64,000 bases of DNA from Candidatus Latescibacterota bacterium (GTDB lineage: Bacteria; Latescibacterota; UBA2968; GCA-2709665), in contig OZ250150.1 of assembly GCA_965237675.1 (NCBI GenBank), positions 1,152,001 to 1,216,000 of the forward strand, written 5' to 3'. Position 1 is the stretch's first letter; every line of letters starts with the position of its first letter. The notes beneath the pieces were generated by a model. It worked only from the letters and a program-made list of their open reading frames with translations. It did not search any database and was not told where the DNA came from. Positions 29,590 through 39,582 of the stretch are shown piece after piece. The position numbers and the translations under genes were made by a program.

Positions 29590-31422
29590 TCAAATGATAC
29601 CATGAAGGGGGCCGTCGCGCTCACCCAGACGATCGACTCGCCGCGTGATTCGCGGGTCTTCAACCAGAGGCGGGGCATGGTGGGGCTTCAGGCGGGCGTC
29701 GATGATCAACGGTCCGTGACAGCCCCAGTGTTTGTTTTCGACAGAACTCCGGACACCATGGATGTCGTGGGAGGGGTTTGATCGCGTAAAGGCAACCCAT
29801 AGGAAATTGTTCAGCGTGCGCGCGGTGAAGTCGGCGTCGTCGACAAGCAGGATCAATGGAAAGCCCTGAGCCCGATCCGTGGATTCCAGGGCGGCAGCCA
29901 GCCGTTGCGCCGCTTCCGCGCCGGCAGGGGTTTCAAAGGGCGGCGCTTCAACGGCCAGGATCCCTGCAAGCGCAACGCTTGGATTCTTTAACTCGTCGGG
30001 CAGGACCAGATTGCGTGGAATCTCGGTGGGCAGATCCCGCCTTTTTGCGCCCGCCGCGGCGATCACGACCTTGGAACCCTCGTTCAGGCCGGTGCCGGAA
30101 TAGTCCAGGGTATCGATGGTTGTGCGCGTCTGAAAGTGGAGGTCGCGGGTCCAGTCCACGCGTTCGAGCAGATGGCGGAGAAAGTCGGCGATGTTGTGAA
30201 TGTCCAGATTCGGATTGTCTTCGCCGGCGACGATCAATAGATATTTGGCCAGCGAGCACGCACCGAATCCCAGCAGGGCGTTGGCTATGGTGAGAATCTC
30301 CTGCGGTTGCCGTTCGCGATAAGGCACGTAACGCTCGCTGCCGATGGCCAGGAGCAGGGGGTGGACGCCGGCGGCGTCGACGGCGTTGATGGCCTTGAGG
30401 CCGGGAAGTTCAACAGGGACCATTGGGCCCGTCAATTCGTGAATGAGTTCGCCAAAGGCGGTGTCTTCCTGCGGCGGGCGGCCGACAACGGTGAAGGGCC
30501 AGACCGCACCCTCGCGGTGATAGACGGTATCGACGTTCAGCACGGGAAATTCGTGTGCCAGGCTGTAATATCCCAGGTGGTCGCCAAACGGGCCTTCGGG
30601 CAGGGTCTGGCCTGGATTGACGGTGCCCGTAATGCAAAAGTCGGCTTCGGCGGATATGGTGAAGCCGTTTTTTTGTACATATCGGAAGCGGCGGCCGGCC
30701 AGCCCTCCAGCGAAAGCGACTTCGGGCAGGCCTTCGGGAAGGGGCATCACCGCGGCGAACGTGTGGGCGGGCGGCCCGCCGACAAAGACGCTGACCCGAA
30801 GCGGCTCGCCTATTGCGATGGCGTTTGTATGGTGGATGCCGATGTCCCGCCGGATCTGGTAATGCAGCCCAACCTCTCTGTCGGGTTCGTATTGGTTGCC
30901 CGACAGCTGAATGCGGTACATCCCCAGGTTGGATTTGAGGATTCCGGAATTCAGAGGATCTTCGGTGTAGACCTGGGGGAGCAGGATGAAGGCGCCGCCG
31001 TCGTCCGGCCAGCACCTGATCTGCGGAAGTCGGCCGATCGTGGTTGTATGTTTAAGGACGGGACCGGACCGAACCCTTCGGGGCGGGATATTCAAGGCGA
31101 TGCTGGCGATGCCCGCGGCTTTCCAGGGCGCTTTCAGATAGGCGGGCGGATCGGCCTTGATTTCGATAAGACGCCTGACCCACTTGAGCGTGGAGCGGAA
31201 GATGAAGCGGGAACGTTCAAGGGTGCCATAGAGGTTTGACACGGCCGGAAAGGCGCTGCCTTTCACGTTTTCAAAAAAGAGGGCGGGGCCTCCGGATCGA
31301 TTCACGCGGCGGTGAATTTCGGCCATTTCGAGGTCCGGATCGACTTCATTGCTGATTCGGACGAGGTGACCGTTTTTTTCCAGGTCCCGGACGCAGTGGA
31401 GCATGCTTCTGTAACGCATCAT
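29590..31422 (-). CDS. UbiD-family decarboxylase
   Basis: GPALFFENV, NLGMYRIQ, EGPFGDHLGYY, VGRPPQED. Confidence 0.92.
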   Translation of the reverse strand: MMRYRSMLHCVRDLEKNGHLVRISNEVDPDLEMAEIHRRVNRSGGPALFFENVKGSAFPAVSNLYGTLERSRFIFRSTLKWVRRLIEIKADPPAYLKAPWKAAGIASIALNIPPRRVRSGPVLKHTTTIGRLPQIRCWPDDGGAFILLPQVYTEDPLNSGILKSNLGMYRIQLSGNQYEPDREVGLHYQIRRDIGIHHTNAIAIGEPLRVSVFVGGPPAHTFAAVMPLPEGLPEVAFAGGLAGRRFRYVQKNGFTISAEADFCITGTVNPGQTLPEGPFGDHLGYYSLAHEFPVLNVDTVYHREGAVWPFTVVGRPPQEDTAFGELIHELTGPMVPVELPGLKAINAVDAAGVHPLLLAIGSERYVPYRERQPQEILTIANALLGFGACSLAKYLLIVAGEDNPNLDIHNIADFLRHLLERVDWTRDLHFQTRTTIDTLDYSGTGLNEGSKVVIAAAGAKRRDLPTEIPRNLVLPDELKNPSVALAGILAVEAPPFETPAGAEAAQRLAAALESTDRAQGFPLILLVDDADFTARTLNNFLWVAFTRSNPSHDIHGVRSSVENKHWGCHGPLIIDARLKPHHAPPLVEDPRITRRVDRLGERDGPLHGII

Positions 31423-31668
31423 ATCCTCGACCGAAGCGAATTAATGGATGGATCGTCTTTGGATCCGGCAACTCGCGACACACAAATATGACAAACGACC
31501 CGGGGCGCCTCCAGGCGGCTGAGCCTGTCGAAGCCGCGGCAGGCGCCAGAGCGTTAACTCCCCCGTAATTTGTTAACGTCGGATGCAGTTGCCTTTGCGG
31601 ACCAATAGGCGCTGTTTTTAGGTAATGAATCCAAACAGTGCTGTCAACACAAAGGTAAGGAGAGACAG

Positions 31669-33627
31669 GTGGATATCTCAAAACGAAAAATCTGCTCGTC
31701 GGCCGCGTACGGGTTCGAGACAAGCAATCGGTTTCGAATCCCGACACGTGACGGGATCTCGCTGGGCGCGACGATTACCCGGCCGTTGGCCAAAGATGCG
31801 TTTCCGGCACTGGTGTGGTACGATCCGTATCGCAGTGGATCGGACGGAACCGCCTTGCCCATGGCCCGTTATTTTGCCGAGCGGGGGTATGTATTTGTCT
31901 ATCTGAATGCGCGAGGGACGGGCAATTCGGAGGGGGTGAGCAGGGATGAGTACATGGCGGAGGAAACGCGGGACGGATACGATGCCATTGCATGGCTGGC
32001 CGATCAACCATGGTGCAATGGACGCGTGGGGATGCTGGGAACGTCATACAGCGGATTCACGGCGCTGCAGGTTGCGGCCACGGCGCCGCCCGCGTTGAAG
32101 GCGATTGCGCCGGCCTACTTTACGGACAGACGATATACGGACGACTGTCACTACAAGGGCGGGTGCCTGCGCGGCTTTTACGATATGTTGACCTACGGCC
32201 TGAACATGGTGGCGCGCAATGGGCTGCCCCCGTTTCGCGAGGCCGTCGGTGAGCTTTGGAGCGAACTCTGGCAGCAGCGGCTTGAGCAGAACGAGCCCTA
32301 TCTGCTGAAGTGGATTTCCCATCCCGTGGAGGATGACTATTGGGCGGTGGGATCAATTTCGGGGCGGTACGATCGAATCCGGGCGGCAGCCCTGTTGATT
32401 GGCGGGTGGCACGACGGATACCCCACGCCGCCTCTTCGGGTGTACCGGGCGCTACGGTCGCCCCGGCGTCTGCTGGTGGGGCCGTGGTCTCATTCGTACG
32501 GAGATCAGTCACACTGTGGACCCCGAATCGACATCTACTATGAATTACTGCGTTGGTGGGACTGCTGGTTGAAGGAAATGGATAACGGGGTTATGGAAGA
32601 ACCCCCTGTACAGATTTATGAGCGGGAATATGAAAAACCCGTGACGGATCGCACCATGATTGCCGGCGGATGGCGGATGGCCGACGATTTGCCTCAGCAG
32701 ACCCCAGAGTCTCACTTTCTTCATGCGGGCGCGCTGGCGGCCGGTCCGGCGGCCAGTGCGGGCGAAGCTTCGATACCCTATCTGCCGGCTGCCTGCCGGC
32801 ACGGTGGGTTGTGGGACGGTGGGACGCCATTTACGCTGCCGGGAGACCAGCGAGAGGATTCGGCGCGCGCGATCAATTTTCTCTCAGCGCCGCTTGCGGA
32901 GCCGGTGTCGATTCTGGGGACGCCGACATTCAGCCTATATATCAGTTCCGATGTGGAAGTGGTACCAGTAGCTGTGCGGCTATTGGAGATTTCACCGGAT
33001 GGGACAAGCGTACTCGTAACAAAGGGAATATTGAATGCGACACGGCGAGAGGGAATGGATCGACCTGTCCCTCTGATTCCGGGCGAGGTTGCTCTGGTTG
33101 CGTTTCATATGGAAGCGACGGCATGTCGATTCAAGAAGGGACACCGAATCGGGATCAGTATCAACGGATCGGATTTTCCAAACGTATGGCCCACGCCGCA
33201 GGCGGGTCGGATCACGGTTCACTGGGGACCGGAATACCCGTCGAAGATCTCGTTGCCGGTATGGAACGGCGGACGCGATCCGGAATTTGCGTATTCCCCT
33301 TCGCCGCATGCCGCCAGGCCGACGGGGTCGGGCGACGCGCCCTGGCAGGTGGTGCACGATGTGCTGGAAGACAGGTACCGTTTCCTTCTGTTCGGCGGAG
33401 AAGGAGAGATGGGGGTGTCGAACCGAACGCCGGCAGAGGCCTGGTCTCGTTCGAAAAAGCAGGCGACGGTGGCGTGGCCGGGGTGCAAGGTGCGTTCCGA
33501 AGCGACCGGATCGCTGACAAGCAACGCGGATTGTTTTGTGATGAATCTGGGTCTGAACGTATATTTGAACGGTGATTTGTATTTTCGGAAGCGGTGGAGC
33601 CGGACCGTCAAGAGGCTGTTCTTGTAA
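31669..33627 (+). CDS. CocE/NonD-family serine hydrolase
   Basis: DPYR, RGTGNSEG, GMLGTSYSG nucleophile elbow, GGWHD, GPWSH. Confidence 0.92.
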   Translation: MDISKRKICSSAAYGFETSNRFRIPTRDGISLGATITRPLAKDAFPALVWYDPYRSGSDGTALPMARYFAERGYVFVYLNARGTGNSEGVSRDEYMAEETRDGYDAIAWLADQPWCNGRVGMLGTSYSGFTALQVAATAPPALKAIAPAYFTDRRYTDDCHYKGGCLRGFYDMLTYGLNMVARNGLPPFREAVGELWSELWQQRLEQNEPYLLKWISHPVEDDYWAVGSISGRYDRIRAAALLIGGWHDGYPTPPLRVYRALRSPRRLLVGPWSHSYGDQSHCGPRIDIYYELLRWWDCWLKEMDNGVMEEPPVQIYEREYEKPVTDRTMIAGGWRMADDLPQQTPESHFLHAGALAAGPAASAGEASIPYLPAACRHGGLWDGGTPFTLPGDQREDSARAINFLSAPLAEPVSILGTPTFSLYISSDVEVVPVAVRLLEISPDGTSVLVTKGILNATRREGMDRPVPLIPGEVALVAFHMEATACRFKKGHRIGISINGSDFPNVWPTPQAGRITVHWGPEYPSKISLPVWNGGRDPEFAYSPSPHAARPTGSGDAPWQVVHDVLEDRYRFLLFGGEGEMGVSNRTPAEAWSRSKKQATVAWPGCKVRSEATGSLTSNADCFVMNLGLNVYLNGDLYFRKRWSRTVKRLFL

Positions 33628-33725
33628 GGAACCGGTGCGCGAACTCCGATGGCGATGTCAGTTCATGGTGCCGCAGGGGTTGAGGCGCCGGAAAAATCAG
33701 AGATTTACTTCCTCGGGAGATCCGT

Positions 33726-34802
33726 ATGCGGGTGGTATTCTACTGGGGCAGGGCGGGGCTTGGGTTCGAAAAAAACAACCCTTACGGCCCGTTACTCGCC
33801 AGGGAGATGACCGGACTCGGGGTGGATGTGGAAGCCGGATATGATGAGGATTTGAGCGAATCGTGGTTGATGGACAATCGTGGACGGGTGGACGTACTGC
33901 ATCTGCATTGGCCGTCCTATATGTACAACACGGCCGAAATGGGCGAGAGCATCAGAAGGTGCGCGAAGCTGATCGGCCATCTTGCCCACGCGCGATTCCT
34001 GGGTTACAGGGTTGTGTGGACGGTTCATAATTTGTATCCACACGAATGTCCCCATCCGGGCCTGGATCGTCTGGCGAGGCTGGCGATAACGCAGCTTGCG
34101 ACGGCCTTGATTGTGCATTGTGAGTACGGACGCGGGCAGGTGGCGGCGCACTTTCACCGGACGGACGGCATTTTTACAATTCCCCATGGCCATTTTATAG
34201 ACGCGTACGAGAATTCGACGTCGCGCGTCGAGGCCAGGAGAAAAATGGGGATTACCGGGGACGGGTTCGTGTATCTGTTTTTCGGAAACGTGAAACGCTA
34301 CAAGGGCGTCGAGCGGCTGCTCGAGGTTTTTTCCCGGCTTCCGGGCGAACATTTGAGGTTGCTCCTGGCCGCAAAGTTGAACAGCGAATACAGCGCGCAG
34401 TTGATCGCGCAGGCCCGCACCGGCGATCCGAGAATTCTGGCGCATACGGCGGAATTCTTCCCGGACGAGGAACTCCAGCTTTTCTTTAACGCGGCGGACG
34501 TTATGGTGCTGCCCTTCGTGGATATGCTGACTTCCGGATCGGCGATAACGGCGATGTCTTTCGCGCGTCCGGTAATCGCGCCTGGCATCGGCTGTCTTCC
34601 TGAACTGTTGGACGATAACTCCGGAATCATATACGACGCAAAGGAGAGGAATGGCCTGAGGCGGGCAATGGAGGAAATCCGGGAGCGGGACATGGCGGCC
34701 TGCTCGGAAAGCGCGTTTCAGCGGGCAAAGGCGTTGTCATGGGAGGCAATAGCGGAGAGGACGCTCGAGGCGTATGAATATGAACCCAATGCCCGAAATT
34801 GA
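33726..34802 (+). CDS. GT4-family glycosyltransferase
   Basis: LHLHWP, WTVHN, FFGNVKRYKG, TSGSAITAMSF. Confidence 0.88.
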   Translation: MRVVFYWGRAGLGFEKNNPYGPLLAREMTGLGVDVEAGYDEDLSESWLMDNRGRVDVLHLHWPSYMYNTAEMGESIRRCAKLIGHLAHARFLGYRVVWTVHNLYPHECPHPGLDRLARLAITQLATALIVHCEYGRGQVAAHFHRTDGIFTIPHGHFIDAYENSTSRVEARRKMGITGDGFVYLFFGNVKRYKGVERLLEVFSRLPGEHLRLLLAAKLNSEYSAQLIAQARTGDPRILAHTAEFFPDEELQLFFNAADVMVLPFVDMLTSGSAITAMSFARPVIAPGIGCLPELLDDNSGIIYDAKERNGLRRAMEEIRERDMAACSESAFQRAKALSWEAIAERTLEAYEYEPNARN

Positions 34803-34808
34803 GAAAGA

Positions 34809-35639
34809 ATGGCAATGGCGGGTATGACGTTTGTGATGCTGGGCAGCGGCGCGGTCCGGGACAACCCGCGTCGAGCCGGTCCGGCGCAGATGCTTCGGAT
34901 CGGAGACGAGGTGTTGATGTTCGACTGCGGGCGGAGCGCCAGTACGAACCTGGCGCGTGCGGGTGTGGGATGTGAGGAGGTGGATCGGTTGTTTTTGACG
35001 CACCTGCACTTCGATCACATTGTCGATTTGCCCTATCTGGTCTTCGTGGGGTGGGTGAAGGTGCGGAAACGTCGATTGAAGATATATGGACCGGTGGGCA
35101 CACGGAAATTCGTGGAGCGAATCATCCGGCCGCCCTTTCAACAGGACATAAGCAGCCGGCTGAGCCACGGAAAGGACATTCAGCCGCTCGACCCGGAGGT
35201 GGCCGAGGTGGACGGAAAACACTGTTTTCTGGAACTCGCGGATTACAGGATTTCCGCCACGTTTACGGACCACGGGAATATTCCGACCCTGGCCTACCGG
35301 GTGGATGCGGGCGATCGTCGGGTGGTCATAACGGGAGATGGAACGCCCGATGAGGACTTTCCGGAATTCTGTAAAGGCGCGGACCTCCTCGCCATCGAGT
35401 GTTCGGGCACGCCGGAGTTCCTGGCGATGCAGCCGTGGGGTGCCTGGCACATCGCGCCCGCGGATATTGCGAATATCGCGCGGAAGGCGGAAGTAAAGCG
35501 AGTGATGATCAAACACCTTGTGATTGAAGACATCACGGGAGACCGGACGTCGCCCTACCAGATGGCGGACCAGATCAGAAGCGGATTTGGGGGCGACGTG
35601 ATGGTGGCTGAGGACGGGCTGGTCGTTGAGATTGAATAA
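34809..35639 (+). CDS. MBL-fold metallo-hydrolase (RNase Z/arylsulfatase-like)
   Basis: MFDCG, THLHFDH, ITGD. Confidence 0.85.
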   Translation: MAMAGMTFVMLGSGAVRDNPRRAGPAQMLRIGDEVLMFDCGRSASTNLARAGVGCEEVDRLFLTHLHFDHIVDLPYLVFVGWVKVRKRRLKIYGPVGTRKFVERIIRPPFQQDISSRLSHGKDIQPLDPEVAEVDGKHCFLELADYRISATFTDHGNIPTLAYRVDAGDRRVVITGDGTPDEDFPEFCKGADLLAIECSGTPEFLAMQPWGAWHIAPADIANIARKAEVKRVMIKHLVIEDITGDRTSPYQMADQIRSGFGGDVMVAEDGLVVEIE

Positions 35640-35740
35640 ATGCCTGCGGCCTAGCCGGAAATAGATTGCCAGAATTCGGCCGACGAGTCGCCCGGCTCGC
35701 AAGGCGGCTGCGACCTGCGCAAAGTCGGCGAGTGAAGGCA

Positions 35741-35825
35741 CTTCGACAAGCTCAGCGCAAGCAACGCAGCGAGACGGGATGAACCGGCGCCTGCCTGTGC
35801 GTGCTGCCACACGCACGCAGACAGG
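35741..35825. repeat. REP-like cluster (CTTCGACAAGCTCAGC and a CCTGCC palindrome)
   Basis: Related GCTGAGCCTGTCGAAG at 31518-31533; palindrome at 35790-35825. Confidence 0.5.
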
Positions 35826-35911
35826 GATGAATCGTGACAACTTTCTGGGACGGGACACTAGATGTACGGTAGACGTTCGGGATCCTTTATAATCCAGCGA
35901 GGAGGGATGGA

Positions 35912-36661
35912 ATGACGATTGTGGACGGCCATGTGCACGTGGGGTTGACCAAGTACGTCGCCGTTGAAGTGCTGTTGGCGCAGATGGATTCAGCCGGCAT
36001 CGACAAGGCACTGCTGGTGCAGTACGGAGGATGTCACGACAACGCCTATTTAAAGAACTGTATGGACCGTTTTCCGGGCCGATTCGCATCTCTGGGAGCC
36101 GTGGACTACGATGCCGCAGACGCAGGAGAGCAGATCCGGCGGGAAGTGACCGAGTTCGGTCTCGCGGGATTGCGAATTCCGGCTTCGGTCCAAAACGAGG
36201 CGGTGTGGGAAGCCGTGGGCGAGCTGGGCATTATGGCCAGTTTGAGCGGAGGGATAGCAAACATACTTCATCCCCGCGTGGCGGAGTACATTCATCGGTA
36301 TCCGCGCGCGATGTTTCGTATCGAGCACATGGGATGGTTTCCCGATGTGGAAAAGACACCGGATGAGCCGGATTATGAACGATTGATGGGGTACGCAGCT
36401 TATGAAAACACGGTTTTTATGCTATCGGGATTCTACGCGTTCGGGAAGGGATATCCCTACAACGAGGCCGTGCCGTTCATCGAACGTGCGCTGGAGCGGT
36501 TCGGTGCGGAGCGGATGATGTGGGGGAGCGATTTCCCGCCCGTGAGTCTTCACGAAACCTGCGAAATGGCGGTGAATATGCCCCGCCGCTGGACGTTCCT
36601 GTCTGAAAACGAACTTGAATGGATCATGGGCCGGACGGCCCAGAAGCTTTTTGATTTCTAA
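35912..36661 (+). CDS. Amidohydrolase_2 family protein
   Basis: DGHVH, EHMG, MWGSDFP. Confidence 0.88.
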   Translation: MTIVDGHVHVGLTKYVAVEVLLAQMDSAGIDKALLVQYGGCHDNAYLKNCMDRFPGRFASLGAVDYDAADAGEQIRREVTEFGLAGLRIPASVQNEAVWEAVGELGIMASLSGGIANILHPRVAEYIHRYPRAMFRIEHMGWFPDVEKTPDEPDYERLMGYAAYENTVFMLSGFYAFGKGYPYNEAVPFIERALERFGAERMMWGSDFPPVSLHETCEMAVNMPRRWTFLSENELEWIMGRTAQKLFDF

Positions 36662-36723
36662 AATCCGCCATGCGCGCCGGGGAAGCGAGCAGCGAAGATC
36701 GATCGATATTGAAAGGGGTCTGG

Positions 36724-38448
36724 ATGCGGTACAGCAGCTTGTTTACTCAGACACTCCGGGAGGCGCCGGCCGACGCCGAATTGGCCAGCCACCAACTGTC
36801 GTTACGGGCTGGGCTGATCCGTCCGCTGGCAGCGGGCATTTTCAGCGCATTGCCACTGGGGCTCCGGGTCGCGCGGAAGATCGAGGCGATTTTTCGGGAA
36901 GAGATGGCTGCAATCGACTGCGTGGAACTGCTGATGCCGATCGTGCAGCCCGCGGAGTTGTGGCGGGAGAGTGGTCGGTGGAACGAGGTGGGTCCGGAAA
37001 TGCTGCGCATGGAAGATCGATCGGATCGGGAAATGTGTCTGGCCATGACCCACGAAGAGGCGGTAACGGATCTGGCGCGGCAACTGATTCGGAGCTATCG
37101 CCAGGTGCCGTTGTGCGTGTTTCAGATTCAGACGAAGTTCCGCGACGAGCCACGGAGCCGGGGAGGTCTGATTCGCGTGCGGGAATTCACGATGAAGGAC
37201 GCGTACAGCTTCGACCTGGACGAATCCGGCCTGGAGTCGGTCTATCGGGATATGTACCGGGCCTATGAGAATATTTTTCGGCGCGTCGGCCTGGCGGATA
37301 GCGTGGTGTCGGTTGAAAGTGACACGGGCATGATGGGCGGAACCGGGGCGGACGAGTTCATGTATTTGAATCCGGTGGGTGAGGATACGCTGCTCATCTG
37401 CGACGGGTGCGGGTACCGCGCGAACCGGCAGATTGCCGTGTATAGAAGAGAGGACGCGATTCGGGAAACACCGGAACCGCTTCAGGAAGTTGAAACACCG
37501 GGATGCACGACGATTGAGGAACTGGCACGATTTCTGAAGATTCCCGCGAGCCGGACCGCCAAGGCGGTGTTTATGGCAGGTTCCATTCAAGGAGACGAAC
37601 GGTTCATTTTCGCGTTGGTGCGAGGGGACCACGAACTGAGCGAAACGAAATTGGCCAACGCGGCCGGCGCCGTGGACATGCGCCCGGCGACAGAGGAAGA
37701 AATCCGGGCGATCGGCGCGGAACCGGGGTACGGATCCCCGATCGGCATTGCGGACGATGCGCTGGTGATTGTGGATGACCTGGTGGCGGCATCCGGCAAC
37801 CTGGTGTCCGGCGCGAATAAAGTGGATTCTCACTATCTGAACGTGAATGAGGGTAGGGATTTCAAGGCGGACGTCGTCACCGATCTGGTGGCGGTGGAGG
37901 CGGGGATGCCGTGCGCCTCGTGTGGCGCCGCGCTTCGATCGACACGTGGGGTCGAGGTGGGGAATATATTCAAGCTGGGCACAAGGTACAGCGAGAAACT
38001 GGGGGCGACCGTCCTGGGCGAGGACGGCAGAGCCAGGGCGCTGGTGATGGGATCCTACGGGATCGGCGTCGGGCGACTGCTGGCGTGCGTGATCGAGGCG
38101 CACCACGACGATCAGGGTATCATCTGGCCGTTATCGGTCTCGCCGTTCCATGTCCATATCGTGGTGCTCTCGGGCAATCGGCCTAAGGGAGAGCTGGAGG
38201 CGGCGGAGCGGATCTGTCGGGACCTGGAGGCGGAGGATATAGAGGTCTTGCTGGATGACCGCGACGAGCGGGCGGGTGTGAAGTTCAACGATGCGGATCT
38301 GATCGGCATCCCAATTCGGATTACGGTGGGCTCGAGGGGGTTGGCAAAAGGCGAGGCGGAGGTAAAAATGAGGAACGAGCAGGAACGGCAGGACGTTCCG
38401 ATCGAAAAGTTGGTCGGGTTCGTGAACAAGATCGTCCACGACAATTAG
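36724..38448 (+). CDS. proS: Proline--tRNA ligase (with INS editing domain)
   Basis: MTHEE, KFRDEPRSRGGLIRVREF, EVGNIFKLG, GSYGIG, GVKFNDADLIG. Confidence 0.97.
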   Translation: MRYSSLFTQTLREAPADAELASHQLSLRAGLIRPLAAGIFSALPLGLRVARKIEAIFREEMAAIDCVELLMPIVQPAELWRESGRWNEVGPEMLRMEDRSDREMCLAMTHEEAVTDLARQLIRSYRQVPLCVFQIQTKFRDEPRSRGGLIRVREFTMKDAYSFDLDESGLESVYRDMYRAYENIFRRVGLADSVVSVESDTGMMGGTGADEFMYLNPVGEDTLLICDGCGYRANRQIAVYRREDAIRETPEPLQEVETPGCTTIEELARFLKIPASRTAKAVFMAGSIQGDERFIFALVRGDHELSETKLANAAGAVDMRPATEEEIRAIGAEPGYGSPIGIADDALVIVDDLVAASGNLVSGANKVDSHYLNVNEGRDFKADVVTDLVAVEAGMPCASCGAALRSTRGVEVGNIFKLGTRYSEKLGATVLGEDGRARALVMGSYGIGVGRLLACVIEAHHDDQGIIWPLSVSPFHVHIVVLSGNRPKGELEAAERICRDLEAEDIEVLLDDRDERAGVKFNDADLIGIPIRITVGSRGLAKGEAEVKMRNEQERQDVPIEKLVGFVNKIVHDN

Positions 38449-38636
38449 CCTGTATTCTTCATAAAAAAGGTAGTTTCCTTACCCAAATCATTGTATTTTG
38501 GTGACACAAATCATGTTATAACAATGAATTGGGAGAAAACTACCGTATACGTTCAAGATAATTATGACAGGGTCGCACTTGCAAGTCGGTGCGCCAAGAA
38601 TATGGAAGGCGCCTTCGACGGTCGCGTCCTGACCAG
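38449..38636 (+). mobile_element. Degenerate IS1380 left-end remnant
   Basis: CCTGTATTCTTCATAAAAAAGGTAGTTTCC... aligns by eye with 9430-9620, including the start of the transposase (AFDGRVLT vs TFDGGVLT). Confidence 0.8.
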
Positions 38637-39073
38637 CCAGCCTGTGCGCCTGCCTGCTGCGCCCAACGCGGCGCAGGCAGGTCACCGCAAGCAGGTCGGT
38701 GACAGTGGCACCTTGCTGTCTCGGGAAATGGAAGCCAGAACAGGCGATCTGTCTCAGATGGTTGACGCGCTCAAGCGATACCTCGAAAAAAGGCTTGAAA
38801 GGGTTCACGTCCACTTCCTCAACGGTTCTACAAGCCATTGTGCGGGCGTGGAGATGATGGATTCGCGAAGAGAGCAGCCTGATAGGCTGTGATGTAAACA
38901 TCGAACGAGAGCTTGAAAGGGTGGAGCGGACATTCTTGTCTGCTCACAGACATCAAACCGGAACCTGGGAATCCTGTGTCCCGACACGCCACGACTCGCC
39001 GCCGTCTCCCCCACTGGCAAAACGACGGCGCAATCTATCGGATCACTTCTGTCTGCATTCCGGCAGAAGGACG

Positions 39074-39319
39074 ATGAGAAGGGCAGACAGGAATACCGCT
39101 TATATTAAATTCAACAGTCGCGAACATCGGATTAAGGGCTATTGCGAACTGGCGAACAACGCATCGGTGAGCAGCTTGCCGGGCGGTGTATATATAGTAC
39201 CTGTTCAAGCGTTATCGATTCTGGATGAACAATATATCTCCTATCGACGTGCCTCGGATGACGAGGTTGAGAAGTCTTATGCTCAGATTCGAAATCCTGC
39301 TGCCTCTGAATTACAATGA
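39074..39319 (+). CDS. Small hypothetical protein
   Basis: 81-aa ORF with AAGGA upstream; overlaps the next small gene. Confidence 0.55.
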   Translation: MRRADRNTAYIKFNSREHRIKGYCELANNASVSSLPGGVYIVPVQALSILDEQYISYRRASDDEVEKSYAQIRNPAASELQ

Positions 39320-39523
39320 CGGTCGCCGCATTGAAGAGGAGAAATTCATACAGACCGATGAGGATTTCGTGCTCGCGATGAGGATCGGTTGATTCGTATC
39401 CGCATTGATGCAGAAGACACCGGGGAAAACACGAAATTCTTCAGGAAGTACAAGGATACCCTCAAATCTCGTTTTGACCAGCAGGATATTTGGATCACCG
39501 CTCAGTATATCGATGTCATTTGA
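39279..39523 (+). pseudogene. Small conserved-looking hypothetical gene with an internal deletion/frameshift
   Basis: MLRFEILLPLNYNDGRRIEEEKF... then in another frame EDRLIRIRIDAEDTGENTKFFRKYKDTLKSRFDQQDIWITAQYIDVI*. Confidence 0.6.
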
Positions 39524-39582
39524 AAAGGCACGGACAGGACGTCCGGCCGGGGCCCTGGAGACGCGATCTCCGGGGCTTTTTT

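Noticed and set aside
34737-36089. 450-aa minus-strand ORF, and similar long antisense ORFs at 36802-38106, 52867-53997 and 26946-28082
   Set aside because: Shadow ORFs opposite well-supported genes in GC-rich DNA, with no recognisable motifs.
38491-38892. 133-aa ORF after proS
   Set aside because: It is a read-through of a decayed IS transposase start and a palindromic repeat.
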